64,000 nucleotides of DNA, taken from assembly GCA_964658305.1 (NCBI GenBank), contig OZ210885.1, forward strand, positions 6,820,001 through 6,884,000, written 5' to 3'. This document shows positions 61,201-64,000 of this stretch, piece by piece (position 1 is the first letter of the stretch; the number at the start of each line of letters is the position of its first letter). Origin of the DNA: Leptogorgia sarmentosa. Its lineage: Eukaryota. The notes beneath the pieces were generated by a model, which was not told the origin of the DNA, made no database searches, and worked only from the letters and a program-made list of their open reading frames with translations. A program made the translations under genes and the position numbers.

Positions 61201-63627
61201 GATCCCGGCTTGGAAAATGGTGCGGCGAACATGCTGCAAAAGGGCATCCTGCAAATAACAAGTGTCGATGTTGTTAAGGAAATTAGAAAGAGATTATAGT
61301 TTTTATAGAGAGAAGGTACAGCGGGTTAGTTCAAAATTGGCATTGTGAATATATGTCCCAGGCACCTGGGTCCCTTCCCCTCACACACGCCCCTGCTTGG
61401 TGAAACGTAGAAAACTTGTAATAAAGAAGTAACACTTACCTGTGTAGGTGGTACCTACCACTCTTACAAAATAGCTCCATCCGGTCAGATTGATGTCAGA
61501 TGAGGGGCTGAGTTTATCGTACAGGATTACCGTGTATCTCTCGATCTGTTTGAAGAGGGGCGCATCTGCAGTAAGCTGCATAAATGGCGTCTTGGCAAGC
61601 ATTTCAAATGTGGGCGTGACCTCTGGAAAGATCTCCCATGCCTGCCAGGCTGACTTCTTTCCTTTCCCGAAGAAGCAGGAGGTGGTATCACATCCAGTTA
61701 GTGCGTGGAATACAGGCAGGGAAGTGGATCGTGGTTCACCAAGAACATCACAAATAGAGTTGACGCTGATGAAGCGGAAGTTTCGACCCATACCAAAGGC
61801 AAGCCACAGATCAAGTTCCGGCTGGATTACTTTCAGGTTATGAATCTGTCCCACCAAAATAACTAGGACATCAGTGTCCACGGTTCGGACGAGGATAGTT
61901 TTCGCCTCTTCAGCTTGGATGGCATGAATTATATGGACCACAACTCTCGTATCCGCCTCCTCGTGAGTGCAATCTATCATGGAGGTTGCAGTGCCAATTG
62001 AAATCACAGATGTACCTGGAAAAGAATTATTTTGGTAGTTATCATTTTCATGTGGGATTTCAACATGGGATATACACCGTACACATTATTATTACATTTT
62101 TACCTGATGTAACGTGGACTGTCTTCCACTCCGGCCAGTTATGTCCAGCAACCTTTAACGATAGGAAGTGAAACAACTCTTCTTTGTTTAACGGATCACG
62201 CAGGAATGACATCCAGTTGGATGGCAGTTTAGTAGCCCCACCAACTTTTCGGCGAACGCCTTTGCCTCTTTTCTCCCTGGTGGATTCCTTGAGACTATTA
62301 GGTATATATGTGTCCCAGACAACGTCTACTCTTCTGCTTCTCTGACTGCTGAGGTGGGGAATGAAGACATTATGTGCGTAATCGTCAAAGGTGATGGAAC
62401 CAGTTACGGGAAGGCAGTGTACCACGACAGCTCCGTCTAGAACGTTGCAGTCAAATTGCGTGGGAGGCTCTGGCATAGTCGATGGAACAATGCACTTGAG
62501 GAGTTCCGATTTAGCGCTTGGTAGGCGAAGTTTGCCGAATTCTGACAAAGAAGGAGGAAATGGTTGAGAAACGTGACATAGACTGATATGGGGTCATAAC
62601 ATGGGCCACATGCTTTAAGAGGACATCTTAAATCTTCTGTTGTGGTCTTTTGACATATGATACATTGACTCCAAGATATTTCCATTTTCGATTCTGAAAT
62701 TTGAAATGGTAGTATTTTCCGAATAATTTCAGTTAGCTACTTCAAAAAAATACTTAAAATTGAAAGGAAAACTGTTAAAAAACTGTTGCAATATAAAAAT
62801 AACTCGATTATAGCCTTTTAGTAGCAAAATACTTACAGGTTTTGTAGGTATGCCTGGCAGCCACCATCTTGGATCAGACAATGGCCGAGAGAGACTGGAA
62901 ACCAGTGTAACAAAAAGATGCAGAAAGTAGTTTTTTTTTGCTACGATTCGGGGTTGTAATCGACCAGTCATGACAGATATTGCATTCTAATGGATAGATA
63001 GCTTTTTCAAAGTATATCTGAAACGTTTTTACATATTCAGTAACTAGATTTAAAATAAGTACCACAGGGAGCCCAAGTCGTGAAATTAGTAAACGTTAAT
63101 CCTCCCTAGTTTCCCGTAAAGGAATATTTACGCTGGGCTCCCCCTCTAACGTTAATAGTACTACCATAAGCTACATCTCTGCCAAGTTTGGTGCTTTTGT
63201 CAGCTGTGTAACGATCAAGACCCTAAGAGACCTGACTAATATCGGGCGCACTCGGCCGGGAAGGTGAACATGAAGATAACTGCGGAGGTGGCTTTTCTTG
63301 ACCTCTCTGCAGGCTCTTTTGCGGCGTTGGCGCGATGATGTCGATGCCCTCGAAGATATTTTCATCTAAGAACAAAGGTGTTTCTGTTAAGCTGTAAATG
63401 TTATGTTACAATCATAGTTAGGGTGACAATTGACAAAGAAATGACAGGTCGGGATATCAGATAACATTATACATATGTATTATATAAAAGAGCCATTTTT
63501 TACGTTTTTATAATTCACAAAGTTATATACCTTCCGAACCGACTTGTGAAACCGCTTCGCTAGAAGATTCATCTGAATCGCTAGCTTCGAATAACATCAT
63601 TGTTCGTTTTGAAGAAGACTGCGACAT
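58280..63627 (-). pseudogene. Spliced tyrosine recombinase gene with two C2H2 fingers, interrupted by an Academ element
   Basis: GT-AG exons at 63531-63627, 63239-63366 joined to ~60354-60405, ~60011-60252 (CSLC..H..H; CPIVDC..H..H) and ~58605-59908 (RDYLMLRLLVASGQRAGAL, QHK, GLRK), then small downstream exons. The terminal catalytic H/Y segment appears deleted. Confidence 0.8.
60406..63238 (-). mobile_element. Internally deleted Academ DNA transposon (2833 bp)
   Basis: TIRs TAGTCAGGTCTCTTA/TAAGAGACCTGACTA; 3-bp TSD ATA; XPG/PIN-like HEEADTR, VDTDV, LTGCDTTS..FGKGK; C-terminal Cys8 finger CSCKGVCTRCKC...CTPLCRC; spliced. Confidence 0.88.
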
Positions 63628-64000
63628 TCTAAATAAAAACATAATATATAGTTGAAAGTTCCGAAAAAATAATTTTCACGCGCACGTGTGCGCTTCGGTT
63701 ATACAAGCTTGCGCTTATGCTTATATTCAGTGAGAACCAACCTAAAGTCAGTTGAATATAATATAGTAATGGTATGCGCAACGAAATTTCTACAACATAA
63801 TATAACTACTGTTTCAGGCGTATGAGACGGACACGTAGATTTTCACATAGACTGTATTTAAACACATAATGACATAAACTATATACAATAAATCGATAAA
63901 CGTTTCGAGTTCGAGTGTTCGGTTTTTGCTTCGACGAGACGTTCGTGAGATTAACAACAACAAGAAGTATTATCCTTGACCGCGTGGTTTTCGCGCAACG

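Noticed and set aside
1..64000. Prokaryotic operons, rRNA or tRNA genes; most antisense 60-130-aa ORFs in the track
   Set aside because: None recognised. The short ORFs are mostly shadows of TE coding sequence on the opposite strand.

Overview
AT-rich eukaryotic DNA. The element families suggest a marine invertebrate, probably a cnidarian (inference). No intact host gene is recognisable. The window is a dense nested transposon cluster containing: a probable Polinton/Maverick right end, an intact Kolobok-type element, hAT, PIF/Harbinger, piggyBac, Tc1, Academ, BEL, L2/CR1-type LINE and Penelope pieces (one with a hammerhead ribozyme), several MITEs with verifiable TIRs/TSDs, and three related tyrosine-recombinase (YR) gene types. 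Most TE coding remnants lie on the minus strand. The main candidate novelty is at ~42-54.7 kb, a repeated module with three parts. (i) A YR with an N-terminal C2H2 finger and a C-terminal TRF-like Myb domain. (ii) An oppositely oriented, apparently spliced D5-like SF3 helicase, present as four diverged copies. (iii) An intergenic region packed with palindromically arranged GGAAC/GTTCC pentamers that looks like a replication origin. This may be an undescribed capsid-less, self-replicating and integrating element. All calls come from reading the sequence by eye; no database searches were run.
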